DNA from: Eledone cirrhosa
Taxonomy: Eukaryota
Direction of reading: 5' to 3'
NCBI GenBank assembly: GCA_964016885.1
Contig: OZ024742.1
Span: 83,080,001 to 83,144,000 of the forward strand
Length of the DNA: 64,000 nucleotides
The position numbers and the translations under genes were made by a program. A model generated the notes under the pieces. That model was not told the DNA's origin. It saw only the letters and a list, made by a program, of their open reading frames with translations, and did not search any database. Position 1 is the stretch's first letter. Each line of letters begins with the position of its first letter. Below, piece after piece: positions 37,559-49,626 of this stretch.

Positions 37559-40369
37559 AACAGTGGGACAGAAAGAAACAGAATTTATATAGTTAGATCT
37601 ATTCGATTATGAAATATATTCCTTTGTTCATTCAAAATTATTATGTATTATATATTAATGTATAAAACTAATTTTATTTAGTAGTCCTGTATAAAGAATT
37701 CACTTCTCCCAAATCTGCGCGAGCCAGAATCGGTATTACCTGGCGTTTTAGAATTGAGTCGTTTTTCAGCCTTTAAATAAGGTTAAAATATGTCGATAAA
37801 TTATATACAACTTCTTAAATCTTTTTTTTACATGTTAGTTTAGAAAGAAGGAATTTGAAAATCTGTTTCAGATTCATTGATTTATTGAGGGTTTCACAAG
37901 CACAGACAAGGATATTTGGAAAGGAATGTTTTCCTCGATCATTGTGAATGGGAGTGGTAAATCATGTGTTATGCCTAATGTATTTCACCTATGTTTCAAA
38001 TTGATTCAACAAGACATATAAAAAAACCTAAAAGCACTACAATATATATTGTGTCTTTGAAATGAAACTGGATTATTAAATATTTGGGCCCTTTTGTTGA
38101 TTCTCATGATTCGTTTCCAATTTCAATGTTACATTTTAGGTGATAGAGCAAGAGTGTTGCCACGAATTTTGAAATTTAAAAGCAAAATCTTTTGAGCCTT
38201 GACTTGTTTGGAAAGTGTTTGTAACTGGTGAATATTTCTTAACATGCAACGTGAAATATGTGAACGTGTCGAATAACTTATTAATTACTTAAAAGCACGA
38301 AAATGTAAATATACTGAGAAAGCTTGAGTAGAATGTACCCATATATATCATTCTTGTATTGCTATAGAGGAGACGATAAATCAATACATAGCTGTATTAT
38401 TCACTAATGTTGGCTTCAAAGTGCTTGGCATCAAATATGACCTATTATATCAATATTAAATTATATATTTACTTTCTCTCAAGTTACAGAAAAGCGAATG
38501 TATATCTTTACTTAACTGATGAATATATAGTAATAGCAAGCCTTACGGTAGAGATGAAACAAATGTGCTTCCATTTAAAAGCATCTTATGTTCAATAATA
38601 TAACATCACATGCTATACATACAAACTAATCTCTAGATTTATGTCAAATCACACATTTCGCTCTCTTCAGCATGGACGAAATGTTATTTATGCATGTTAG
38701 AAGCAGTTGTCAAATTGACTTTAAATTGCACTCTACTCTCTTAAAAATAGAAGGTCATAAATGGTAATGCATTCACTCACAAAAAGGATGACTGTGTTCG
38801 GAAAGCATTTAAATATAATGTAGATCTATTAGAAATTCATACATGATTTTTTTGCAAAGCCGCTTCCCTGTCCCACATGAGATTCTTTGTAACAGAAGTT
38901 TTTTTTGTTGTTGTTGTATACAACTAGAATGTGCAGAAAATATTCGTGGAGCAGCGATCCTTTCAAACACAATTTCCTGTCAATTCATTCCTGTAAGCAA
39001 TGTTCCTTATTTTGGTAAAAGAATCTCTTAAAATATTGTCTTTCAAATATTTTCTCCTATGAAAATTACGTTTTCATGAATCTCATTGTTAACATTTTGG
39101 TTAGGAGTACATAATATTCACGTGATATATATGGAAGAGACATAACATAGGGGTCATTACTATTCCAAGATAAAACATTTCAATATACTAAATTAAGCAC
39201 GAAAGTCCAAAAGTAAAACGAACGTCTCAACATATATATATCATGAAATAGACGACTATTTTAAGAGAAAGCTTTTATATCAAAGCTTCGAAGAGCCTAG
39301 AAGGCAGGTTTTACGTGGTAAATAACTATGTTATATATAGGCCTTTGAATCTCTCTCGAACAACAATTCACTCTCTCAGAAAAACGTACATTTTGGTTGC
39401 TGTAGAATATAAAAGTGTATATCTGCAGACATGTATGTGAGAGTCATAGCTGGAAGGTCTGTGTTCATTGGTTAGGTCGATGACTGACGCTGAAGGAGTA
39501 CGTAGTTCGAGATACGTTTTATATTATGTTCTGTCCATATTAGCTTTCACTACATATTAGTTTATAAAATATTACACATGTACGGATTTATTATATATTG
39601 TCTGCTAAACCTATTAATGTAATACATCCTTGCCTTCTCATTTAGATAAATACCCACACTACTTATGGTTTATATTCAATCTATTGAAAAATAAGGTTTC
39701 GTAATACACAAACACACGCTCTCACACACATACACACCCATACACACACACACACAGACACACATATATATATTGGTGGGTTTTGTGTGTCGATTTGTGT
39801 ATGTGTGTGTGTTTCTGCATAATTATGCCTGTGTTTGTGTATGTGTTTGTGCCTCGGCTCAAGCACATTAGCCATGCAACTCTACAGCTAAGGAAGAAAA
39901 GATATTTCTCAGTTTAAACGACTGCCATCTTCATAGAATACATGTTTACTTCTTCAAATAGGTACGACGTTACAAATACACAAGATTATCGTGCTGCATA
40001 AAATAGAAGAAGAAAAAAGAGAGAGAAATGTTGAAATGTTGAAATAAAGATAAAATATATGAAAACAAACACTATGTTGAAATTTCTGCTGACTCACTGA
40101 AGTTTTCTCTCTAAATTATTCATGAGGAATTCTTTGAAGATATTATCACCTTTCTAAGAAAATTTTGAAAATACTAATCTTCGTCGTTTTCTAGTTGCTT
40201 TAACAATTCAACCTCTACCTTGTCTCTCATATCAATTGCTTCGTTACCTTTCCTACATTTTATTTCTGTAACATTATATGTCGCTTTCTCTTTAATTTTA
40301 CTTCATCTTTAGCAACACATTATTCGTCCTACATCATATTCGACCTTTCTTAGGTAACCTAATCGATGT

Positions 40370-40424
40370 TAATAGCATCATCATCTTAATCATTATCATC
40401 GTCCTCACCATCATCAGCATCTTC

Positions 40425-40459
<35 letters not shown>

Positions 40460-40490
40460 CGTAACCATTATCAACGTCATCGCAATCATT

Positions 40491-40527
<37 letters not shown>

Positions 40528-40625
40528 CTCTTCTAATCTTTATCATTTTTTTCTTAGTGTAATCATTACAATCTTTAACATAACTTTCATCCTAATCGTA
40601 TTTATTAGCAGCATCATCTTCAATA
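40370..40625. repeat. Degenerate (ATC)n microsatellite
   Basis: Directly visible. Confidence 0.9.
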
Positions 40626-40814
40626 ACATAATATATATACAAGCATGTTCTTGTAACTCCCGAGGCAGTCGCCGTGGCGCCGTTTTAATATACGGTATTT
40701 CTAGGGAACGTTTAAATCCGGCGGAGCCCATCTACTCTCCAGGTCTGGACACAGCAGAATTCTTCAAGAGAATGATAGAAAGTGAGAGATAGGAGGTGAG
40801 AAAGAGATATAGAA

Positions 40815-40982
40815 GAATAATCGATTCCAGTACTATACTGGTATTGTTTTATCAATATTGAATGGATAAAAAGGAAAGTTCACCACGGTGGGATATTAAT
40901 TTTGAGATACAATAGAAATCCGGAACGAATACCGCAAAGCATTCTGAACGGTGTTCTAACGACTCTGCCAATTCGCCACCTT
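40815..40982 (-). mobile_element. Older tRNA-derived SINE related to family A
   Basis: Minus strand ggtggcgaattggcagagtcgttagaacaccg...gtgaactttcctttttatcc...gataaaacaataccag. Confidence 0.6.
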
Positions 40983-41210
40983 TAATTATTATATATGTAT
41001 GACAATTATCTCCAGAATCAGCAACAACACGCTTAACATCATCGGTATTAAATTAGTTCAGCCCATTGCCATCGTTATCGTCGCCACACTCAATATATTA
41101 AGCGTTCGCAACGCCTCCATTATCAGTATAATCATAGTCTTCGAAAATGATATTCTTATGGACGTCGTTGTTGTTCTAGCGATTCTTTTCATTCTTACTG
41201 CTGTGACTTA

Positions 41211-41430
41211 TTTGATGGTCGGCTGAAAAGTTCTCGGACTCACTATAAAGGAATAATGATAGTGAAATCTTGCATGCATTAATTCCATCTCTGCTTATTA
41301 CTATCTGCATTGTTTTCCTAGGAAATCATGTTGGGGCTGTGGGGATGTCACGTGGGACCCCATTTGCTCACCATGCGGAGATGGGGAGAGTATCTTGGTC
41401 AGCCCATGTTCTTTTCACTCGACCTTCGTA
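41211..41430. mobile_element. Mariner-like MITE
   Basis: Degenerate TIRs: left tttgatggtcggctgaaaagtt; right reads tacgaaggtcgagtgaaaagaa on the minus strand and ends in TA. Confidence 0.5.
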
Positions 41431-41477
41431 GTATTTTTTTTTATCCCACAGGTTAGTAACTAGTATTCTGTTCAATC

Positions 41478-41817
41478 GCAGTAACTGTAGAGCGTCGGAC
41501 AACATGCTTTGAAGCATAGAGTTACGTCCCTTTACGGTCTGAGTTCAAATCCCGCCGAAGTTAACTTTGCCTTTCATCCTTACGGAGTCGATAAAATAAA
41601 GTACCAGTAATACACTGGGTAATTGCTGGCCTTGTACCAAAAGTAGAAACAATTATATCTTTATGCTTTGACGCATAGAGTTACGGCCCTTGCCTTTCAG
41701 AGTTCAAATCCCGCCGAGGTTAACTTTGTCTTTCATTTTTACGGGGTCGATAAAATAAAGTACCAGCAATACACTTGGTAATTGCTGGCCTTGTGCCAAA
41801 AGTAGAAACAATTATAT
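41478..41817 (+). mobile_element. Tandem dimer of family A SINE
   Basis: Two head-to-tail copies, each ending ggccttgt.ccaaaagtagaaacaattatatct. Confidence 0.85.
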
Positions 41818-43699
41818 CTCTCACTATCCTCAAATAGATCATTTATATTACCATGTGTTTCTGTATTCACAATAATTGTTTTCTCTCATATATTTAATCT
41901 GTATCATTTTAATTCGCACTATTTTATTACAAATATTGAAGGCATCAACAGAAGGCTTAAGAACTCTCAACATCTCACCTAATCAAGGCAGATACAGATA
42001 ATGTTCCCTATTGTCTGCAGTCAGATGACAAATGTTACTTTACAATGTCGAAACTTTGACATTGGAAGAAGCTGATGTTAGAGATAGCAGCCAAGTAAGT
42101 CGAAGAAGTAGCAACTCCAAAGAAATCGATTGCATTAAAATGTTCTTTGTTAAACTAAAATTAAAATTAAATAATTATTTTTATCAGAGAAATTTAAAAA
42201 GGAACGTGTGATGTCAAACCTAAAAACCGCTGAAATGTGGTGATTAGTCACAACAATAAACAATAAAGTGACACAATTATAAACAACAAATTCGAGAAGT
42301 CATACAAACGACATCAATATTTCAACCAACAACAACAGTGGAGAGAGAAATACTGTAGCTAATATCTGGAATACCACCATTACACACTTAAGAATGATAG
42401 CAAAAAGCTAAACAAAACAAATGAGACTCAAATCATCAACAGATATACGGATATATGACAAAAAAAACAATAAGTATATAAAAGAAAACTACAACAATAC
42501 AGAATCCTGTAGTAACGCCAAGGAATTTAGCACATTTCTAAAAGTGACCTACACATGAGCTGGATACTAACTCCCATTCAACAAGGTATGCATGAAAGAA
42601 TAAGGAATGCGAATTAAATTAGAAGGAGTTTATACGACAATGAGAAATATATTTGTGAATAGAAGCACCAATAATCATTTCAGAGGAGGGCAAAACATTT
42701 CACCTGAACAGGCAGACAATCCCAGGGAAATATCTGGTGAGTCATTTGTTACATCAAGTAACGAGATAAAGCCTTACATCGAAATGTGACAATATTCAAA
42801 ATTGTAATCACAAACACAATGCTTATTAAATATATTTAAACAAATATACCTTCTCATAATGTTAGCTGCAATCATAAAAATGCAAATGGCACCTAACATG
42901 GATCGATGGCTGGTGTAACACTCCAGCGGAAGGTAACAATGCTTATTCCAGTTGTGAGCGACCCAATTTACACATTGTAGCAGACTGGAATTATTTCAAA
43001 GACGCACTCAACCATTTTATTGGGATAGTTGAGACTAATTAAAGATGTAAAACGTTGCTAAGTCACTTTAATTGTCTGAAAATTGTCTTATGAATTTCCC
43101 GAAAGCACCAATAAGAAACTGATGAAACTGGTGCAACTCATAAACTCCATAGAGTATTTGTTACATAAGTAAATAAAGGTTCTTCTTTTGTGTCGACAGT
43201 TAGGATAAGAATCACATACAAGAAGGTTTAATTTCTATGGCCAGATTGATATATTTTAAAGAAAAGTAGCACCAATGATCTATTAAACAAGGAAAAATCA
43301 CAGGCAAAGTTTTTTTTACATTTACTCAATAAGTAAAAATATCGTAGCAAGAACCTTAATTTAAATGACAAATATATAAAGACTGAAACGCAACACCATC
43401 AACAAATCATCAAATGTTACTTATTTTATGGGTCCTAAGGATATTCTTAAAGATATGGAAGAAAGAGTGTATATTCGTCCATGGTATATCACATGAATAA
43501 TTGTGTTTAGATTTTTTTTTAACTTGTTTTACTATAATTTAGGAAATGATTATCCCATTCCAAATTTATTATTATTTCAATCATTATTATCCGCTTGTCG
43601 CACAGCATTTTTTGCTGGTGATGTAACACTGGTGCCAGCTGTCTCCAACCAGTCGTCTGAGGTACCACCTTCAATTTTCAAACACATTTCTAAATACCA

Positions 43700-44720
43700 T
43701 AGCAATTCCACGGAGTTTTGCCTGAAAGGCCCCACCCTGATGTTGATGACAATGAACTTTACACCCGACCCTTGTAAATAGCTTTCAATTCTGGTGCTCG
43801 CCGTACCAAGCGCCTCGATTAGAACGGGGATCACCTGAACGTTTTTCATTGCCCACAGATGTCTTATCTCCTCTCCTAGTTGTTTGTATTTCAGCATTCT
43901 TCAATTCCTTTTAACAAAAATATTTTCATTGGAACTAGCTGCATCCAGAATCAAACATGGTTAACTTTGTTGATCACCACAATATCTAGTTTGTAATGTT
44001 CAATGTCATGGTTACATTTAACCATAAATGTAACCATGACATTGAACATACAGACGTGTTCATTCTGTATAACACTTTGTGTTCATGTCTCTGGCTTACT
44101 CTTTCGAGGTCGTATATCCCACATAACTAAAAATTAATGATTTTTGTTACGTTACTATAGTCGTTTCTACTCCTTATATGACATCTTTGTGCAGTGGGTA
44201 TTGATATGTTACAGAGTTTCTCCCTTTTCTCCGCACATTCTACACGTTTCGCTTTCAAATGAATTTTCAATCTTTTGTTGAACATAATTTTTCCTCGGTG
44301 TTTGTTCCTGTGCATCACAAATGAAAGCTTCGGTGTCTAACATTTCTGCATTTATAGCCATATCCACTCCAAATCAGTTTTGGCTTCTTGGTCCTTGTAA
44401 GATTGTGAAATTTCTACCCACCTCTTTTTAGTTTCAATTCCCCTGTTACTTGTTTTCAGAATTTCCTATGCAATTTACAATTTTCATCACATTTGATTTT
44501 TTCACTTCCAACATCAATGGTTCAATTGCATTCTTTATGTGCCAGACTAAACTATTCTTTTCTGCTCTCACAGATCCTTTCTAACTGATGAGTCCTCTTC
44601 CTCCATTTATTCGTAACAAACATAATCTGTCAACGCCACTCCTTGCAGGAAAGTTCCCGATCATTGTGTGTAACGTCCTTGTTTTTCAATCCAGACATTG
44701 TCAACTGACCACCCAACTTA
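43700..44720 (-). mobile_element. R4/Dong-like non-LTR element 3' fragment (restriction-like endonuclease)
   Basis: SGVDRLC...NGGRGLIS; IEHYKLDIVVINK; KYKQLGEEIRHLW...VIPVLIEALG. Confidence 0.75.
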
Positions 44721-44724
44721 GGAT

Positions 44725-45990
44725 TGTAATGGAAGCAAAGTAACTTTTTCAATGACCTCAGTCACTAGTGATAGATGTGATAGCCGTCAACCTAATCAGA
44801 ATTATTTCTGACACGCACGCACTAGCCTCCATTTTTGATGAGTTAGAGATCTACACATCTCCTAGTAAGCCTGGAATGGCAGGAGAAGTTGTAGTGTGCA
44901 ATAGGAAAGGTCTGGATGTAGATGTACAGATGAACGATTTAGATTTAAACAGTAGCTTATGTAGTGTTCTTAGACTTGTGGCCGTCTATGCTTGGCTGTG
45001 ACTGGAATACTGGCTTTCTTCAGGCGAGTTGAAGCCTTTCCTGGAACGTCTTGCCTTTAACAGTCAGTGAGCAACTGAAAAAGCATATTAGACCCTCGCT
45101 GGAATTGTGTGGGAGTGGCTGATATAAACAAGAGGACAAAGCCTCAAGAGCTTGACAGGCGATTCTAATTGTCCGACAGTTACCGAGTAGATTAGCCGAA
45201 TGTGCCAGTGTGGCCATGGAGAAACCATATAGAGTCATCTAGATTTTATTTAAATGTTTCATTAGGCTAGAAGATAGGGCTAGGGTAGGGTGACCACAGG
45301 TACAAACAGTTGTCTGTTCAGTTCACAACTTTGTGATCTGCATGGTCGACCGAGATAGAGCGCGTAGATAGGGACTCAGTTACTGGAACCTATACTCATT
45401 TTTCTCGACATGTACGACTTACAGAGACCTAATTACCACATTAGTTAAACGTCAGATGACAGGAGCAATCGTCAACCACAGGTCCTGATGCATTTTCAAT
45501 GAGTGATTAGGATAGAATTAGCAGCCTTTAGCAAAGAAGTAGCAACAGAAAGAATATAATGTCGAAGAATTTTTAGTAGCTAAATTAGAAGAGGCAATGA
45601 TATGTGGGATTGCAGCCAACGTGTTAACGTCAAGAATAGAAATAAACAATTTCTTCAATGCGAAAGAGGAAGGCTTCATCATCAGAGCTAAAACACTGGC
45701 TCTAAGACACGAAAAAACGATAGCTGATCAATGGGCACCAATTGTAGAGACACAGCGTAGTAATAAACTCACAACTGAGTTTATTACTACGCTGTGTCTC
45801 TACAATGAACGCATGCTGCTCAAATCCAAGGACATGTTTGCACTTTTCGAAAAGCACTTATCACATCTCTTCAGAGTTAGAGGGGGATGCAAATGGTGGC
45901 AGACTATAGTCCCAAAATCATCTGCCTGCCGTGACTTTCAAGAGAAGATGTGGTGTGCTGCAAAAAGCCGACAATAACAAACGAGAGTCT
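44725..45990 (+). mobile_element. Degraded Tx1 ORF2 5' part
   Basis: DVIAV, LRLVAVYA, LVAKLEEA, FFNAKEEGFIIRAKTLALRHE...FALFEKH, collinear with 2842-3434. Confidence 0.8.
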
Positions 45991-47627
45991 GGAATCTTAA
46001 AGAGGTTGTTTGACGAAGGTTGGGTGAAGGTGGCGAACGGTTACATCACTCTCCTGTCACTGGTGCTTTGTCCGAGTGCGCCCCCGCCCAGATTTAAACG
46101 TCTGAGCTTTCACATTCTTGTGAAAGTGAGATGTTCCACTGGTTGGGATGTCAATCTGCGTCCTACACACTTTGTGCGGAGGCCTTTGCATGCCGCGGCT
46201 GATGAAGGGCCAGCATGCGCTTGGGCTACGTTACTTGTAGATATTCCCAACCGCTGAACAGGAAGGCGTTGTCATTGTTTTTTTAGGTTCATCCTTTTGC
46301 AGCTCGTTGCTCTGCTACTAAGGGACATGACAGCTTCCAGACAAACTCTACAAGTACGGCAGTGCTGTCAGACACATCTTCCCAAGTTGCGCTCAGAACG
46401 AGAAATCCATTGCATTACTGAATAGTGAAACAATTTTCGAACATCTATTACCACGTGGGACGTATCCTATTATGTACCAACTCCAGCATGCAGAGCACTC
46501 AAGCGACTTCTTTTGGCCGGGACATTTTAGTTGTGGCATATGTGGTAGTAGGGTCGATCCGACTGAAAGTGCCGAAGACAGATACTTTCCTCTTTGATCA
46601 AACCTTCGTTGATTGTTCCAAGTTACACTAGGAAAGAATGGTGAAGCTTTAGTGGGAGGCAAAACAGTATATTAGTTAAAATGTAGAGAGGACTGCCCTA
46701 GTGAATGTCCCTAAATTGTTCATGAACCTGTAGGGTGGAGACCTCCGAGAGAAAGAGGGGGACCTGCCTAGAATGCTCTTGCCGGTTAGGATGGTTTTAG
46801 ATTTTCGGGGTTCCTAAATTACACCTGGATATTTCTCCTCCAATTGGGGATAGTGTACTTTAACATTTGAACAGTTGTTTGTTTTACGGTCCTAGTAGCT
46901 AGTAAAAAATAATATTTCTTACCATTAATGTTTGTTTTTGCTTTCTTTATTTTGACATTAAAACGTATAACAATAGTTAACTGGCTTTTAAGTCATGCTG
47001 GAAATATGTTTTGGTAATGTTCGAACCGTATGGTTGAATTATACTTAAATTAGAGTTATACTTAAATTATACTTAAATTATATACTTAAATTATTACTTG
47101 AACGGAATTAAAAAAGAGTCATGATAACAAAGTGTGGAACCGTAAACTTATATTATGGCGGATCGTTTTGCCGAGCATTTGAGGGACATACTACTCGGTT
47201 TGGATACTCCTGTCGCCCGTCATTTCTGTTCTCATGCTCATTCTTCCCTACATGTTTAAGTCCTGGGTGTCCTTTTACATCATGGATCACAGGCCTTGCG
47301 ACTGAACAAAGTCTGATTCACAGCCTTGGATCCTATTCCCCTCTTGGACTCAATTCACCTCCCCAATTGCTCTATTACCCCGTCCATTATCACACCCCTA
47401 GATTCCTATCGCTTTCTCTTGATCATTAACATCTTCTCTTACAACTAATACAGGCCGACTTGATATGCTCACTCCACTTTTCCCTTCACTGCTCTGTATA
47501 TACACACATACGTACCCTTATATTAATATACTTCTGCTCATAGCTTCGTACTTACATGTACACACTCTTTTACTCACATATACTCACACACTTCTTAGCT
47601 TCGTACGGACATATGATAACACACACA

Positions 47628-47724
<97 letters not shown>

Positions 47725-47970
47725 ACACACATACACACACATCCTTACGCACGTGCACAAGTATAGCTCTTTTTACAAAACGGTTTTGTTTCCATTTCAG
47801 GTAGACGTGCTCCATCATCCACTTTTCTAAAAAATAAATCATACACAAAACGCCAGCACCAACAGTTTTGCAAGAGATATCAACATGAATGCACCTGTTA
47901 TTTTTACCTCAAGATATTTTTTTCAATTGCAGCCCGCCCGTCCTCTCAATCTATCTTATTTCTCATTCTT

Positions 47971-48005
47971 TTTCTGATGAAGGACTAGCGTCCGAAACGT
48001 TAAGA
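47971..48005 (+). ncRNA. Canonical PLE minimal hammerhead
   Basis: ttt CTGATGA a ggac tagc gtcc GAAA cg TT aaga. Confidence 0.75.
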
Positions 48006-48143
48006 CCCTCTTCCTGCTATACCAAGCGTTAACCCAGTGTATTCGTTCCATATCGTGTTGTTATTTCTGTTTACCTTTTACATACATATTTATATATTTT
48101 TTTTCTTTTTAATGTTTCTGATATGAAATCGTGTGTCGAAACA

Positions 48144-49046
48144 ATATTGTTATACTTGGGGAGGGTCACATTGTTTTAATATTGCCAGAAATAATAATAG
48201 AATACACTCACAAATACCACTGTACAAATAAGAAATGTGTTATATGTAGAATGAACCCTCAAATAAATTGTAAAACTAGAAATGTCTATAGCACAGGGTG
48301 TACAGAGAGTACTTGCAGAAACATCATAATGGCATACATAGGCAAGACAGCTCGAAGTATAGGAGAAAGAATAGACCAACACTGTGGGGAACGAAAGAGA
48401 CAAAAAAACGATTCAGTACTAAATGAACACGCCAGACAAAGACATGATGGCAATATAGACAACATGGAAAGTAAAATAATATCTAAACATAGAAATGACT
48501 CAAAAGGTAGGCAAACAAGGGAAGCAACTGAGATAGAACTAAGAAGACCGAAGTTGAACATAAAGAACAAATGGAATAACAACAACAACCATACCCAAAC
48601 AAACAATACTGACTTGGGGAAATATAAATAAATAAATAAATATATACACAAGTATAATAACAACAAATACATATACACAAACACTAGTGAACAAAGATAG
48701 TATACAAAAACAAAAACGCATAAACTCAAACGCGCGTGAACACACACGCGAAACGTTATACACACACGCAAACACACGCGCAGAGACAGAGACAAGAAGA
48801 AAAAAATAAATAAATAAAATAAAAATGGCGTAGACATTACAATACAATAGGACGAAACATAATAGTACCACTCATGATGTTGCAGATGTGCGGCGAAAGA
48901 ACTTTGATAGACTATATATATATATCATCAGTGGTACTATTATGTTTCTTCCTATTGTATTGTAATGTATACGCCATTTTTATTTTATTTATTTATGTTT
49001 TTCATATTGTCTCTGTCTCTGCGCATGTGTTTGCGTGTGTGTGTAA
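48144..49046 (+). mobile_element. PLE GIY-YIG fragment (same family as 23768-24934) with HHR and inverted duplicate
   Basis: CVIC...NC...VY...YIGKTARSIGERIDQH; HHR at 48868-48907; arms 48756-48878 / 48924-49046. Confidence 0.85.
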
Positions 49047-49060
49047 TACTGATATAAATA

Positions 49061-49222
<162 letters not shown>

Positions 49223-49311
49223 AGGTAAGCTGTTCCGGGTTGAATCGGAGGTAACCACAGTAAGTAAGGTACTCAATACATAGAAGAGTATAAAAGTGTT
49301 AATATAGATGA

Positions 49312-49360
49312 GATTCTACAGGACTAGAACTGTTTCATTCTTTAGAAATCATCAGGAATC
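49312..49360 (-). ncRNA. Type I hammerhead with snap-back copy (49365-49391)
   Basis: gattc CTGATGA tttc taaa gaat GAAA cag ttctagtc ctg TA gaatc. Confidence 0.75.
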
Positions 49361-49387
49361 TCAGGATTCCTGATGATTTCTAAAGAA

Positions 49388-49437
<50 letters not shown>

Positions 49438-49442
<5 letters not shown>

Positions 49443-49552
49443 GGGATAACAAGTTATCGTTGTAGGTAATACACATAGAGGTAGTGCAGTTAGAGTACTC
49501 CGTGTTGTGGATGGTTTTAACTCATGGCTAAGTTTGACTCAACAAGACGCTT

Positions 49553-49556
<4 letters not shown>
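49438..49556 (-). mobile_element. Solo fragment of the Naiad 5' leader/tail inside (TA)n
   Basis: High similarity to 22647-22774. Confidence 0.85.

Positions 49557-49620
<64 letters not shown>

Positions 49621-49626
<6 letters not shown>

Noticed and set aside
42180-43480. Second R4-like relic on the plus strand
   Set aside because: Scattered motif hints only; cannot be supported without alignment.
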